45,302 nucleotides of DNA from an uncultured Treponema sp. (GCA_937885235.1 CAKZZK010000047.1:1-45302); one strand, 5' to 3'; positions 1-9,587 are shown, counted from the stretch's first letter. Notes: generated by a model from the sequence alone, not told the origin. A program made the numbers and translations.

Positions 1-27
1 GAGTTCAGACGTGTGCTCTTCCGATCT
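1..27 (+). other. Illumina TruSeq adapter contamination
   Basis: GAGTTCAGACGTGTGCTCTTCCGATCT is the 3' part of the TruSeq Read-2 adapter. Its reverse strand gives the QIGRAHV end of ORF 5..343. Confidence 0.98.
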
Positions 28-29
28 GC

Positions 30-584
30 GAGGCCCTGCGCAGCAACCTGCGCGATCTGCAGGAAATCAGGAACGCAAACACGCTCACGATAGAAGGCAT
101 CAAGGAGCTGAACAAGAAGATAAACGGTATTTGGGACATTATGGGCCTCATAAGCACTGTTGCCGACCAGACAAAAATCATCGCGTTCAATGCTGAGCTT
201 GAGGCTACCAGTTCTGGCGAGGCTGGCAAGAACTTCCATATCGTTGCGACGGAAATCCGCCGCCTGTCGGACAACATTATCGACAGCATCAAGGAAATCA
301 AGACCGTCATCAACGAAGTACAGACGGCCTCCGATCGCCTCATCCTGAACAGCGAGAAAGCGACCCAGCAGATTGACGTGGGCTATAAGAGCGCGAAGTC
401 GCTTGAGGGCGGCTTTGAGAACCTTATGGTTTCTGCGCAGTCAGCGGCAGACAGCTCGCTTGACATCCAGAATCAGGCAGGCAAAGTCAGCTATGAGGGT
501 GACAAGATTTTCTCCAACCTGCAGCAGATTGCGCAGGGTATCGAAAAATTCTCGCAGAATACGGCCGGCATTTCTTCTTCGTAG
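30..584 (+). CDS. Methyl-accepting chemotaxis protein, C-terminal signalling domain (5' truncated by contig end)
   Basis: The frame is open from base 30 (EALRSNLRDLQEIRNAN...). VADQTKIIAFNAELEATSSGEAGKNFHIVATEIRRLS matches the MCP hairpin-tip motif. Confidence 0.9.
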   Translation, partial: EALRSNLRDLQEIRNANTLTIEGIKELNKKINGIWDIMGLISTVADQTKIIAFNAELEATSSGEAGKNFHIVATEIRRLSDNIIDSIKEIKTVINEVQTASDRLILNSEKATQQIDVGYKSAKSLEGGFENLMVSAQSAADSSLDIQNQAGKVSYEGDKIFSNLQQIAQGIEKFSQNTAGISSS

Positions 585-603
585 GATGTGCAGATTCGCC
601 GTT

Positions 604-643
604 ATATCGGGGAACCCCTTTTTGAAGGGATTTGCCCCGATAT
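604..643. terminator. Hairpin between convergent genes, probable terminator
   Basis: ATATCGGGG...CCCCGATAT inverted repeat between the MCP and OMP stop codons. Confidence 0.55.
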
Positions 644-658
644 GATATTTCTATATTG

Positions 659-2428
659 TTAGAACTGGAACCTTACGCCGAGATTGACAAAGTTGTTATT
701 CTTCCAATAGGAGAATTCACTGTATTCATCGCGGCAGAAGATGCACATAGCGTTGAGGCTCAGCGTCAGCTCCGGGGTGGGGTTGTAGGAAATCTTTGGC
801 TGAATGACCAAGTCTCCGCGTTCAATGCCCCACATCACGGTGATTTCGGGCTTTACCTTGTCGTGCATCCAGGAGTCGCTGATATTGACCACGAGCTTGT
901 TGTTGGTATAGCGGTTCTTGGGGTCGTAGTCTACATCGTATTCCTTGAAGGTACCCTTCTTTATCTTGCTGCTCTGGAGGATGTATGTTCCCGTCTCCTG
1001 TACGTTCAGGTTGATATTGCTGATGGGCAGGTCAAGGTCAAAACCGCCGAGCCAGCTGATGGAATTGTTATGCACCCACGGGTCGTCTCCGGCAATATCC
1101 TTTGTGATATTGTAGCCTGCCTCCGCGCGCAGGTTGAAGCGTCCCACCACGGTGGCACCTTCAAGGCCGACGGTCTGCTTGAGGTCATAGTCAAGCTCCG
1201 GCAGGGCAATTGCGGTAAGTTTTTCCTGTGCAGCAGAGATGTACGCCTTTTTTTGTGCATCGGTCATAGTCGTTGATGCCTTTATCTGTGCAATTTGTGC
1301 CTCCACCGCCTTGTCAGTCATCACAGAGACAATCATATTTTCAAGATTTGCGGACGGCTGCTTGTAGCGTCCGATGTAATAGCTTGCGCCCCAGTCCACC
1401 ATGCCCGCCGTGCCTGTAATGTGTAGGCCTCCCTGCGCGTATTTAAGGTTGTAGACATTCGGATAAAGGTCGTCCTCATCGAAAGAAGAGGCTTCGGCAA
1501 GACTCGTCCAGCCGCTAGAAACATTCGACATGATTGCGTCTTTGACTGTGTAGTTGAGCTTGGCATAGGAGCCGGGCACCCACATACCTTCCTTTGCAAA
1601 GCGGTCCTTGGGCAGGAAGGGGGTAAACACGCCCTCTATGGCAATGGCGTTGTCAAAGGAGTATACCGCGCGGAGCATGGGCGTGCTGATGCGGCGGTCT
1701 ATATAGTCAGGGATAATGAAATCCGTGTAGTCGTCTGCGTTGAAGTTGTCAAGCACGTGCAGTTTGTCTCCCTTGCCCCAGACAACCTTCATCTTGCCTG
1801 CTTCCAGAACAAGGTGGCGGTCAAGAAAGTAGCCCCGTATGATGAGCTCGTCGATGATGTCCTCTTTGTAGTCGGTGAGCGTTTCCTTGGTGAGGTTGAC
1901 GGTGAGCAGAGCATCCGCCGAGGAACCGGAGTATTCTACACCGAGTTTTGCCTTGGGGAAGGCTTTGAGCGTGGAATCAGTTATGCCTATTCTGTGGCCG
2001 TCGGCATCCTTTTTGCCAATCCTGATAGCCGTAGCAGCCTTGGGGTCGCTGAAATAACTGCTTAAAAAATTTTCTGAATCATCCTGTGCAAAGTAAAGGC
2101 GTGTGTCCAGCGAAAAATCGCCGGTAAAGGTGATGGGCAGGGAAGAACCGGAATCATCTCCGCCAAAGGAGCTGCCGAAATCGTCGTCACCGAACGAAGA
2201 AAAATCATCATCATCGCCAAAGGAAGAGAAATCATCATCGCTTCCAAATGAGGAAAAATCATCGTCGCTACTTTCATCATCAAAAGAACTAAAATCGTCG
2301 TTGGAACTGCTGCTGGATGAGTCGTCATCGTCAAAGCTCCAGTCCCAGTCATCATCCTGTGCAAAGACCTGTGTACCTGCTGCCAAGAGGAGGGCAGATG
2401 CCGCTGCAAGAAGTCTTTTTAGTTTCAT
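659..2428 (-). CDS. Probable outer-membrane beta-barrel protein with acidic N-terminal repeats
   Basis: Signal peptide (..QVFA|Q) and a C-terminal beta-signal VNLGVRFQF. Contains AGKMKVVWGKGD, typical of barrels encoded with MMPL/LolA-like genes, and DDDFSSFG repeats. Confidence 0.75.
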   Translation of the reverse strand: MKLKRLLAAASALLLAAGTQVFAQDDDWDWSFDDDDSSSSSSNDDFSSFDDESSDDDFSSFGSDDDFSSFGDDDDFSSFGDDDFGSSFGGDDSGSSLPITFTGDFSLDTRLYFAQDDSENFLSSYFSDPKAATAIRIGKKDADGHRIGITDSTLKAFPKAKLGVEYSGSSADALLTVNLTKETLTDYKEDIIDELIIRGYFLDRHLVLEAGKMKVVWGKGDKLHVLDNFNADDYTDFIIPDYIDRRISTPMLRAVYSFDNAIAIEGVFTPFLPKDRFAKEGMWVPGSYAKLNYTVKDAIMSNVSSGWTSLAEASSFDEDDLYPNVYNLKYAQGGLHITGTAGMVDWGASYYIGRYKQPSANLENMIVSVMTDKAVEAQIAQIKASTTMTDAQKKAYISAAQEKLTAIALPELDYDLKQTVGLEGATVVGRFNLRAEAGYNITKDIAGDDPWVHNNSISWLGGFDLDLPISNINLNVQETGTYILQSSKIKKGTFKEYDVDYDPKNRYTNNKLVVNISDSWMHDKVKPEITVMWGIERGDLVIQPKISYNPTPELTLSLNAMCIFCRDEYSEFSYWKNNNFVNLGVRFQF

Positions 2429-2468
2429 GGAAATCCTCCACGCTTTTTGAATAGCTGTGTCATAAATT

Positions 2469-2503
2469 ATTCAGCCACGATACACAGCATATCGTGGCTG
2501 AAT
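2469..2503. terminator. Perfect 14-bp-stem intercistronic hairpin
   Basis: ATTCAGCCACGATA-N7-TATCGTGGCTGAAT between the LolA-like and OMP genes. Confidence 0.65.
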
Positions 2504-2516
2504 TGGTTTTTGAAAC

Positions 2517-3323
2517 TTACTTACCGGTGTTCAGGAATGAAGAGGTGAACACGCGCTCAGGAATTGGCTTGTCCAGCTGCAGCTTCTTGATGGTAAGCGT
2601 GGTGTAGTGACCAGTTTGCACGTTGGTGAGCTTTGTCGCCATGGTGATCGTATAGCCGTCCACGTTCTTGATGACCGGCACTTCGAGCACCTTGATCAGC
2701 TTGCCGTTCTTGTCGTACATCTCGGTGTACACGGGCACGTAGGTCTCTTTGTCAACCCAAGTGATGCGGTAGCTGTACTGGCTACTCTTCTTGTCGTAGG
2801 GAACTTCCTTCACCTTGTAGCACTCGTAGGTGGCGGAACCAACCTTCTTGGTCTCCTCGCCCTCATACTGGTGATCGTCCTCGTCAATCTCGCGGGTTGA
2901 AAGGTCGTCGTAGGTGGCATCAGTGCCCATGAAGGACTTTGAACCTTCGCTGGAGTTCACGCGGCGGGTGTTCTTGAGCGAGGGAAGGTAAATCCACTTG
3001 TCATCGTCCTTACCATGGTTTTCCTTCTGCAGGAAGCGGGTGCCCTTTACGTTTGCGGGAGAGAGGAAGAGCATGACCACATCGGTAACGTTGTTGCCAT
3101 TGCCATCGTCGTGGTTGCGTCCGTATTCTTCCACCATGCGCTCTTCTTTTGTGCCGTTCTTCTCCACGAGGACCATCTCTACCATGGAGTGGGTGAACTT
3201 GGGCTTCTCCACATCGAGGGACTTCTGCATGATGTCGGTTCCCTGCTGGTCAGCGAATGCACCTGATGCGCCCATTACCAGAGCCAAAGCTGCGATTGTC
3301 ATTACCTTAGAAATCTTTTTCAT
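2517..3323 (-). CDS. Outer membrane lipoprotein-sorting protein (LolA-like)
   Basis: Start moved to MKKISKV (GAGGAG RBS, signal peptide ..AFA|D). Motifs FLSPANVKGTRFL, DDKWIYLPSLKNTRRV and SFMGTDATYDDL. Confidence 0.88.
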   Translation of the reverse strand: MKKISKVMTIAALALVMGASGAFADQQGTDIMQKSLDVEKPKFTHSMVEMVLVEKNGTKEERMVEEYGRNHDDGNGNNVTDVVMLFLSPANVKGTRFLQKENHGKDDDKWIYLPSLKNTRRVNSSEGSKSFMGTDATYDDLSTREIDEDDHQYEGEETKKVGSATYECYKVKEVPYDKKSSQYSYRITWVDKETYVPVYTEMYDKNGKLIKVLEVPVIKNVDGYTITMATKLTNVQTGHYTTLTIKKLQLDKPIPERVFTSSFLNTGK

Positions 3324-3409
3324 AGTTAGTATCTCCTCTACTACTAAAATTGTATTTGTGTGTTCTGGGGGAAGGCACCTGCTGTAAGGCAAGTGATTTC
3401 CCTCATCTC

Positions 3410-3435
3410 TGTTCAAAAAATTAAACGAATGAAAC
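3410..3435. promoter_or_regulatory. Putative ArsR-type operator, copy 1
   Basis: TGTTCAAAAAATTAAACGAATGAAAC; 21 of the first 24 bases match the copy at 6477. Confidence 0.55.
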
Positions 3436-3444
3436 CCTGAGAAG

Positions 3445-6400
3445 TTACAAAATCCGTTTAATTTTTTGATTTTTTTTTATTCTCACTACTTTCTCTTCGT
3501 CGTCGTGCACGACTTCTACCTTGGGCTCACTCTTCGGCCGCATGAACTTCGGGTCGGTGAGGTTCAGGATGCCGGGAATGATGGTCATGGCAAGGAATGC
3601 TGATGCCAGCATGACTATTGCCACCAGAATGCCGATATAGCGCAATACGACGAACTTTGACAGGCAGAGCACCAGGAAGCCCAGTCCCACAGCAAGCGCG
3701 TTTGTCACAATGCCGTGACCGCTCTTCTTGAAGGTCTGCTTGGTCACTTCCACAAGGTCGCGCGTCTTGGCGCGTTCCTCGCGGTAGGTGGTCAGGAAGT
3801 GTATCGTATAGTCAATGCCTACGCCGACAACCACGGATGCGATGATGCTCGTGATGAAGTCAAGGTTTATCTTCGCAAAGCCCATCGTCATATAGTTGAG
3901 CAGGATGGCAAAGCCGAGCGGCACAGCGCCGAGCAGTCCTGCCCAGCCAGACTTGAAGGACAGCGTGATGATGATGAACACAGACAGCAGGGACACCACA
4001 AGGCTCGAGAACTGGCTGGAAACAATCATGTTCGTCATGGTGTATTCCATCTCGCCGGAACCTGTCGCTTCAAGCGTGTAGCCTTCGGGGAAGTGCTCCG
4101 CCGCATAACGCTTTACGTCCGCAATGATTCTGCCGGACACCTCGGTGGAATGCTCTCTCAGCTGGCAGGTGATACGCATCTGCTTGGGGCTCATGTCGTC
4201 ATCGATGAAACGCTCGAGGGAGCCGCTCAGCAGCGTAAGGTAGTTATCCACCACGCCTTTGAGCTCTTCGCGCGTTGCCACCGGATACTTGTCGGGATTG
4301 TAGGGTACTTCATAGTAAGCAAGCCCGTTGTAGTTGAGCTGGCTCATCAGTATGTTTATGATGCCCTCCACGGTGGCATATTTGCCGCCTGCAGCCACAT
4401 ACGCCTGATTGATCCAGTCGAGCACCTGCTTGGTGGTCATGCTTTCGCTCAGGCGCTGCGCATAGACGATGTTCGGGTCTTCAAAGTCATCGCCCGCCTC
4501 ATCGCTGCTGTCGCCCCAGCTGTCAAGTTCATCATCGTCGGAAGAAGCAAACTCGTCACTCCAGCTGTCAAGATCGCCGCTTTCCTCTGAATCCGCAGAG
4601 GCAAAGTCATCGCCCCAGCTATCGAGGGCGGCATCATCACCCCAGCTGTCAAGAGTCTCGCCGTCATCGAAGGAAGCAGTCTCTTCAAGAGGCTCGCCCT
4701 CGGTATTAGGCACGTGCCAGACTTGGTTGATCCTCTTGATAAAGGTGGTAAGCGAAACGACCTTTCCCACCTCTGGGTAGGTGTCTTCAAGATACTCTTC
4801 AAGCTCGTCCACTGCTTTGAGCAGTTCCGGATTTGTTATGTCGCCCTTTTCCTGCCCCGTGATATTGAAGTAAACGCTGTTTGTTCCCGCAAAGTGCTCG
4901 TTTACGTAGTCAATATCCTTCCTCAGCTGCGCCGTCTTGGGAAAGTAGCTGATGAGCGAGGTATCTATCTTGAGCTTCATAAGCCCCGTAATAGATGCCA
5001 CTATGATGGCAAGCGATGTGATGACGAGACGCACCTTCGTGCCGCAGAAGAATTTGTAAATGACATACAATGTGTCGCCGCTTGCTTCTTTTTCTGAGCG
5101 TCCGCCGCGTAACTGCTGGGCACGGTCAATCCGCTGGCGCACCTTGTCGGTAAGCTGCTCGATGTGATTGCGGCGGCGGACATTCTTGTATGATTTAACC
5201 AGAAGCAGGGCAGGGATAAAGGTGATTGACAGCAGGAGCGAGAGCGCCACACCTACCGCAGCAAAGATAGCAAAGCTGTGCAGCGGTTCAAGCGGGCTGG
5301 TGATAAGGGATATGAAGCCCACGATGGTCGTCACGCCCGCAAGCAGGACGGCGATAAAGACTTCTTTCAGCCCTCTGAATATGGCATCCTCGTAGATTTC
5401 CTTCGTTATCTCGCCTTTCACCTCGTTCAGCGCCACATAGTAGTGCGTGAGCACGTGGATGCCGTAAGCGGAACCGACGGCAATCAGCGCTACCGGAATG
5501 ACGCTTGCCACCAGCGTAAAGGTAAAGTGGAAAAATCCCATGAGGCCGCAGGACATTATGGTAGACATCAGCACGGTGAGCAAGGGCAGGATGGTGCCGT
5601 CAACCGTGTGGAAGCTCAGATAGAGCGTGATGATGACGACGACAACGACGAGTGGAATAAGGCGGAGCAAGTCAGAAAGCATAAAGCTCTTTGAGTTGTC
5701 AGAAACAACAGGGTCGCCATAGAATTTGTAGCTCAGGGCATGGCCATCGCAGGCAGCCTCCGTTATCTTGCGGACGGCGGCAAGCGTGTCCTGCTGGCGC
5801 TTTGAGTCTGGAGGGGCAAGGCGCTTTGCCTTTTTTGCCGCCTTAAAATCAGCCGTCAGCTGGGCAATCTCTTCGGCGCTCGCATTGTTTTCTTTTGCAG
5901 TCTTCAGTGCTTCCTCTGCTGCATTGTAGGCAAGCTGTATGTCGCTCTTGGGACGCAGGGAAATCTGCATCTGGGTGGCGGTGTTGGAATCGTTGATGAG
6001 CACGCGATTGTACATGTCGCTCCACTCGGCGAGCCGCTCCGCAAGCTGCACAATATCTTCTATAGAACCTGTGTAGGTGTCGGGAATCAGCTGCGTGGCA
6101 GAGATTGCCCCGTCCTGATCGCATACAAAGTCAATGTTCGTCAGGGAGTCTACGTCTTCCACATCAGGCAGGTCAAGCACCTGATCCGTAATGCTCCGCA
6201 CCACGTCGATGTTTTCAGGCGTCAGAATGGAACCGTTCTTTGCTTCCAGACTTATGCCTATGGAAAGCATACTGCCGAAGGTGTCTTCTGTGTCTTCAAG
6301 CCTCTTGTACGACACATCCTTCTGGGGGAAGAACATACGGGTGGAATTGTCCATTTCGAGATCTTTCAGGAAGAAGCCTGTCGCCCCCGTGACGGCAATA

Positions 6401-6453
6401 CAGGCTATGATGATGATCCATGGATGTTTGAAAAATGCTTTTACAAATTTCAT
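3445..6453 (-). CDS. MMPL/RND-superfamily exporter
   Basis: 1002 aa with two TM clusters and periplasmic loops. Motifs IAVGSAYGIH and GVGIDYTIH. Acidic LDSWGDD repeat insert. Confidence 0.92.
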   Translation of the reverse strand: MKFVKAFFKHPWIIIIACIAVTGATGFFLKDLEMDNSTRMFFPQKDVSYKRLEDTEDTFGSMLSIGISLEAKNGSILTPENIDVVRSITDQVLDLPDVEDVDSLTNIDFVCDQDGAISATQLIPDTYTGSIEDIVQLAERLAEWSDMYNRVLINDSNTATQMQISLRPKSDIQLAYNAAEEALKTAKENNASAEEIAQLTADFKAAKKAKRLAPPDSKRQQDTLAAVRKITEAACDGHALSYKFYGDPVVSDNSKSFMLSDLLRLIPLVVVVVIITLYLSFHTVDGTILPLLTVLMSTIMSCGLMGFFHFTFTLVASVIPVALIAVGSAYGIHVLTHYYVALNEVKGEITKEIYEDAIFRGLKEVFIAVLLAGVTTIVGFISLITSPLEPLHSFAIFAAVGVALSLLLSITFIPALLLVKSYKNVRRRNHIEQLTDKVRQRIDRAQQLRGGRSEKEASGDTLYVIYKFFCGTKVRLVITSLAIIVASITGLMKLKIDTSLISYFPKTAQLRKDIDYVNEHFAGTNSVYFNITGQEKGDITNPELLKAVDELEEYLEDTYPEVGKVVSLTTFIKRINQVWHVPNTEGEPLEETASFDDGETLDSWGDDAALDSWGDDFASADSEESGDLDSWSDEFASSDDDELDSWGDSSDEAGDDFEDPNIVYAQRLSESMTTKQVLDWINQAYVAAGGKYATVEGIINILMSQLNYNGLAYYEVPYNPDKYPVATREELKGVVDNYLTLLSGSLERFIDDDMSPKQMRITCQLREHSTEVSGRIIADVKRYAAEHFPEGYTLEATGSGEMEYTMTNMIVSSQFSSLVVSLLSVFIIITLSFKSGWAGLLGAVPLGFAILLNYMTMGFAKINLDFITSIIASVVVGVGIDYTIHFLTTYREERAKTRDLVEVTKQTFKKSGHGIVTNALAVGLGFLVLCLSKFVVLRYIGILVAIVMLASAFLAMTIIPGILNLTDPKFMRPKSEPKVEVVHDDEEKVVRIKKNQKIKRIL

Positions 6454-6476
6454 TTTTTGTAAAACCTCGCTTTATT

Positions 6477-6616
6477 TGTTCAAATAATTAAACTTATGAA
6501 CATAACTATAACGATATTGCATTACGCTGTCAACAGAAATTGAGAAAAAAATGTTTAAATGTTTGACTGTTTAATTGATTAAACATATTGACAGCCATTG
6601 CGTTACAAATTATGAT
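6477..6616. promoter_or_regulatory. Divergent sigma70-type promoters with two operator copies
   Basis: Minus strand: TTGACA (6528-6533), 17 nt, TATAGT (6505-6510). Plus strand: TTGACA (6588-6593), 17 nt, TATGAT (6611-6616). Operator-like motifs at 6477-6502 and 6560-6585. Confidence 0.75.
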
Positions 6617-6652
6617 GAAATTGCCTGTATATAGGGCAAATTTTACCAAGGA

Positions 6653-7039
6653 GTGATGGCTGTGGCAAACGATATGCTAAACAAGGCGGAAGTGGACCGC
6701 CTCAGTGTCTTATTCGGTTCTTGTTCCCCCCTCTTTATTGCGCTCGGAGACGAAGTGCGGCAGAAGCTCATTCTTGATTTGGCAGAGGCAAGCGTTGAGG
6801 ACGCGAATGGCATCAATGTTACCAATTTAAGCGCTAAGTCCCATCTTTCCCGTCCTGCCATCTCCCACCATCTGAAGGTGCTTAAGGACAGCGGGCTGGT
6901 GAAGCCCGTGAAGGTGGGCACCCAGATATTCTATCGCCTCAATCTGGAGGATTCTATCGGTGATCTGGCGGATCTCATCAGTTCTATTCAGCGCATCTTG
7001 CCTGCCATAGCGCCCCGTCCCGCTATGGCTGTTGGTTAA
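6653..7039 (+). CDS. ArsR/SmtB family transcriptional regulator
   Basis: FIALGDEVRQKLI and LSRPAISHHLKVLKDSGLV..GTQIFYRL winged HTH; AAGGAG RBS. Confidence 0.92.
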   Translation: MMAVANDMLNKAEVDRLSVLFGSCSPLFIALGDEVRQKLILDLAEASVEDANGINVTNLSAKSHLSRPAISHHLKVLKDSGLVKPVKVGTQIFYRLNLEDSIGDLADLISSIQRILPAIAPRPAMAVG

Positions 7040-7121
7040 AAAAATATTTTGCATAAATGATTTTTCTTGTTTATAATGGGTATATACACGTAAATACACA
7101 TAAAATAGAAGCGAGGATGCC

Positions 7122-7943
7122 ATGGCCATTATTACTATTTCGAGACAGGTTGCTGCTTTGGGGGATGAGATTGCCACCGCCGTTGCAAAAAAAACGGGAT
7201 ATGCGTTCGTTGACCGCCGGCAGATAGAGAAGCGGATTGTGGAGCTGGGCTTCCCGCAGGCAAAGCTCTCGAAGTATGATGAACGCAAGCCGGGCTTTTT
7301 TGCCAGCCTGATGAAGGACAGGGACGAATACCTGAATTACCTGCAGTATGCTGTGCTCGAAGAGGCTGACAAGGGGAACTGCATCCTCATAGGCCGCGGT
7401 GCCTTTTCCATTTTGGAAGATGTCCCGAACCTTATTGCGCTCCGTTTTGTTTCGCGGGACGGCGTGCGCCTTGAACGGCTTAAAAACGAGTTTTCTTGGA
7501 ACGACAAACAGGCGCAGTCGCGCATTGATGAAAGCGATTCCAACCGGAAGGGCTTCCACAAGAGTTTCTTCAATATGGAGAATGAGGATCCCCAGCACTA
7601 TCTGCTTACGCTGAACACAAGCATTCTTTCCATAGACGAGGCGGTAAAGCTCATCGATGATCTGGTAAAAATCCACATTACGCCCCAGAAAGAGGCTGAC
7701 GGCAAGCAGGTGGTGGAGCAGCGTCTCAGGGGACAGCGCCTTGTCAACCAGCTTATCTTTGACTTCCACCTTAACATCAACTTCTTGCGCGCAGTGGTTG
7801 ACGGTAATGTCATCACCTTGCAGGGTGTTGCGGACTCTCAGGGGCTCGCCGAGCGTGCAGTCCAGACTGCCGCAAAGATTCTGCCCAGCTGCGAAATCCG
7901 CTCTTCCATCAGCATTGTGCAGGATTTCAAGACATACCAATGA
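7122..7943 (+). CDS. Cytidylate kinase-like family protein with C-terminal BON-like domain
   Basis: IITISRQVAALGDEIA, CILIGRGA, YLLTLNTS; C-terminal VDGNVITLQGVA..AVQTA. Confidence 0.82.
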   Translation: MAIITISRQVAALGDEIATAVAKKTGYAFVDRRQIEKRIVELGFPQAKLSKYDERKPGFFASLMKDRDEYLNYLQYAVLEEADKGNCILIGRGAFSILEDVPNLIALRFVSRDGVRLERLKNEFSWNDKQAQSRIDESDSNRKGFHKSFFNMENEDPQHYLLTLNTSILSIDEAVKLIDDLVKIHITPQKEADGKQVVEQRLRGQRLVNQLIFDFHLNINFLRAVVDGNVITLQGVADSQGLAERAVQTAAKILPSCEIRSSISIVQDFKTYQ

Positions 7944-7998
7944 TGGCTCAATTATGCGGAGTATAGACAAAAGTCTGTAATACAGTATACTTAAAGCA

Positions 7999-8610
7999 AT
8001 GAAAACCTCAAACAAATTTACATTGACCAGAATAATTTTGGCACCTGTATTCTTCATCCTGTTCTTTCTGCCGGAGTGGCTGCACCTTCCGGCAGGGAGT
8101 GCGGGGGCGGTGCTCTCTGTATGTATACTTATTCCCCTGCTTGCCTTTGCCGAGTTTACGGATTTTCTTGACGGGCATTTTGCCCGCAAGCACAACGAGG
8201 TAAGCGATTTCGGCAAGATGTTTGACCCTTTTGCAGATGTCTTCCTGCATCTTTCCACATTTACCTGCTTTGTCTTTGCCGGATATATGCCGCCTGTCTT
8301 CTATATACTGATTCTTTACCGTGAATTCAGCCAGAATTTCCTGCGTATGGTAGCGGCAAAGCAGGGAACGGCGATTGCTGCGCGGAAAGGGGGCAAACTC
8401 AAGACCGTGATGTATGTGGCGGCATGCTTTGTGTCTCTTGCTCAGGTAGCCCTTGTCAGAAGCAATCTTGCTGAGCTATGGCAACTTAATATGGATGCTT
8501 TTTACAAGGCAGGGCTCTGCCTGTATGCACTCTGCGTTGTTTTATCGTATATATCCTTCATTGATTACCTGCGCCATTTTGGAAAAGTCCTCCGAGATGC
8601 GGCGCGGTAG
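7999..8610 (+). CDS. pgsA: CDP-diacylglycerol--glycerol-3-phosphate 3-phosphatidyltransferase
   Basis: CDP-alcohol phosphotransferase motif DFLDGHFARKHNEVSDFGKMFDPFAD; GKLKT; multiple TM segments. Confidence 0.9.
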   Translation: MKTSNKFTLTRIILAPVFFILFFLPEWLHLPAGSAGAVLSVCILIPLLAFAEFTDFLDGHFARKHNEVSDFGKMFDPFADVFLHLSTFTCFVFAGYMPPVFYILILYREFSQNFLRMVAAKQGTAIAARKGGKLKTVMYVAACFVSLAQVALVRSNLAELWQLNMDAFYKAGLCLYALCVVLSYISFIDYLRHFGKVLRDAAR

Positions 8611-8624
8611 CGGAACTGCCTGCC

Positions 8625-9587
8625 TTAATCCTCCCAAGTGCCGTTGCGGATTTCCTCGCTGATGCGTTTCCAGCTTTCATAGCGGAGGGGGCTGATGTGT
8701 CCGTCGGCGACAGCTTGCTGTATGGCACAGCCTTTTTCGCTGAGATGCGTGCAGCTCATGCCGAACGTGCATTTGCCGAGGTAGGGGAGAAAGTCGCGGA
8801 AGTAGAGTGCAAGGTTGTCTGCTGAAATGTCGTGAAGCAAAAAGTGGCGCACGCCGGGGGTGTCGATGATGTCTGCGGTTACATCGCGGATGCCGCCGGT
8901 GAGGGCTTCATCCAGCATGATGTGCATGAGTGCTCCCTTGGTGGTGGTGTGACAGCCGCGACCATATTTCTGCGACAGGCTGCCCGTCTTGAGCACCACA
9001 TTGTTGTCAAGCACATTGATAAGCGAGCTTTTACCGACGCCGCTTTGCCCCACGAGGGCTGTAAGTTTGTCCTTGAGCAGAGCTGCAAGCTCCATCATGC
9101 CCTCGCCGGTCTTTGCGCTCAGCCTCAGCAGCGTGTAACCGGCTTTTTCCCATACATCAAGCTGCTCTTGGAAGGCGTCTTCTTTTGCCGCAGGCAGGTC
9201 ATATTTATTGCAGACGATGACAGGTGTGATTTTCTGGTATTCCGCCTGAGCGAGCGCGCGGTCAATGAAGCGCGGGCGGAAGGGGGGCTGGTCAGGGGTG
9301 GTGACGATGAGCAAGTGGTCAAGGTTCGCCGCAAGGAGCTGGGGCAGCCGTTTTTTGACGTTCCAACGCACATACTCGTTCCTGCGCGGCTGTATGCTTA
9401 CAATCTGCCCCTTTTCTTCTTCAAGCGAGGCATCGTCAAGATCCACAATGTCGCCGGGAGCGATGGGATTGTAATATGCCGTGTTTGATTTCAGGATTTT
9501 GCCCTTGATCGAACAGTCGCGGATAAAGCCGTCGTCACATTCCACTTCAAATATGTTTTTATCGCCGTTTAGGATTAAGCCCTGCAT
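8625..9587 (-). CDS. rsgA: Ribosome small subunit-dependent GTPase A
   Basis: Circularly permuted GTPase (NKYD, GQSGVGKSS, HTTT, DTPG) and Zn motif C-x5-C-x-H-x5-C. Confidence 0.95.
   Translation of the reverse strand: MQGLILNGDKNIFEVECDDGFIRDCSIKGKILKSNTAYYNPIAPGDIVDLDDASLEEEKGQIVSIQPRRNEYVRWNVKKRLPQLLAANLDHLLIVTTPDQPPFRPRFIDRALAQAEYQKITPVIVCNKYDLPAAKEDAFQEQLDVWEKAGYTLLRLSAKTGEGMMELAALLKDKLTALVGQSGVGKSSLINVLDNNVVLKTGSLSQKYGRGCHTTTKGALMHIMLDEALTGGIRDVTADIIDTPGVRHFLLHDISADNLALYFRDFLPYLGKCTFGMSCTHLSEKGCAIQQAVADGHISPLRYESWKRISEEIRNGTWED

Noticed and set aside
560..645. Premature stop in the MCP gene
   Set aside because: The end looks slightly short, but a hairpin follows within 20 nt, so a natural end cannot be excluded
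632..4590. Plus-strand ORFs 632..1276 and 3715..4590
   Set aside because: Antisense to the barrel and MMPL genes
7071..8258. 395-aa minus-strand ORF
   Set aside because: Antisense to the cytidylate kinase-like gene and pgsA
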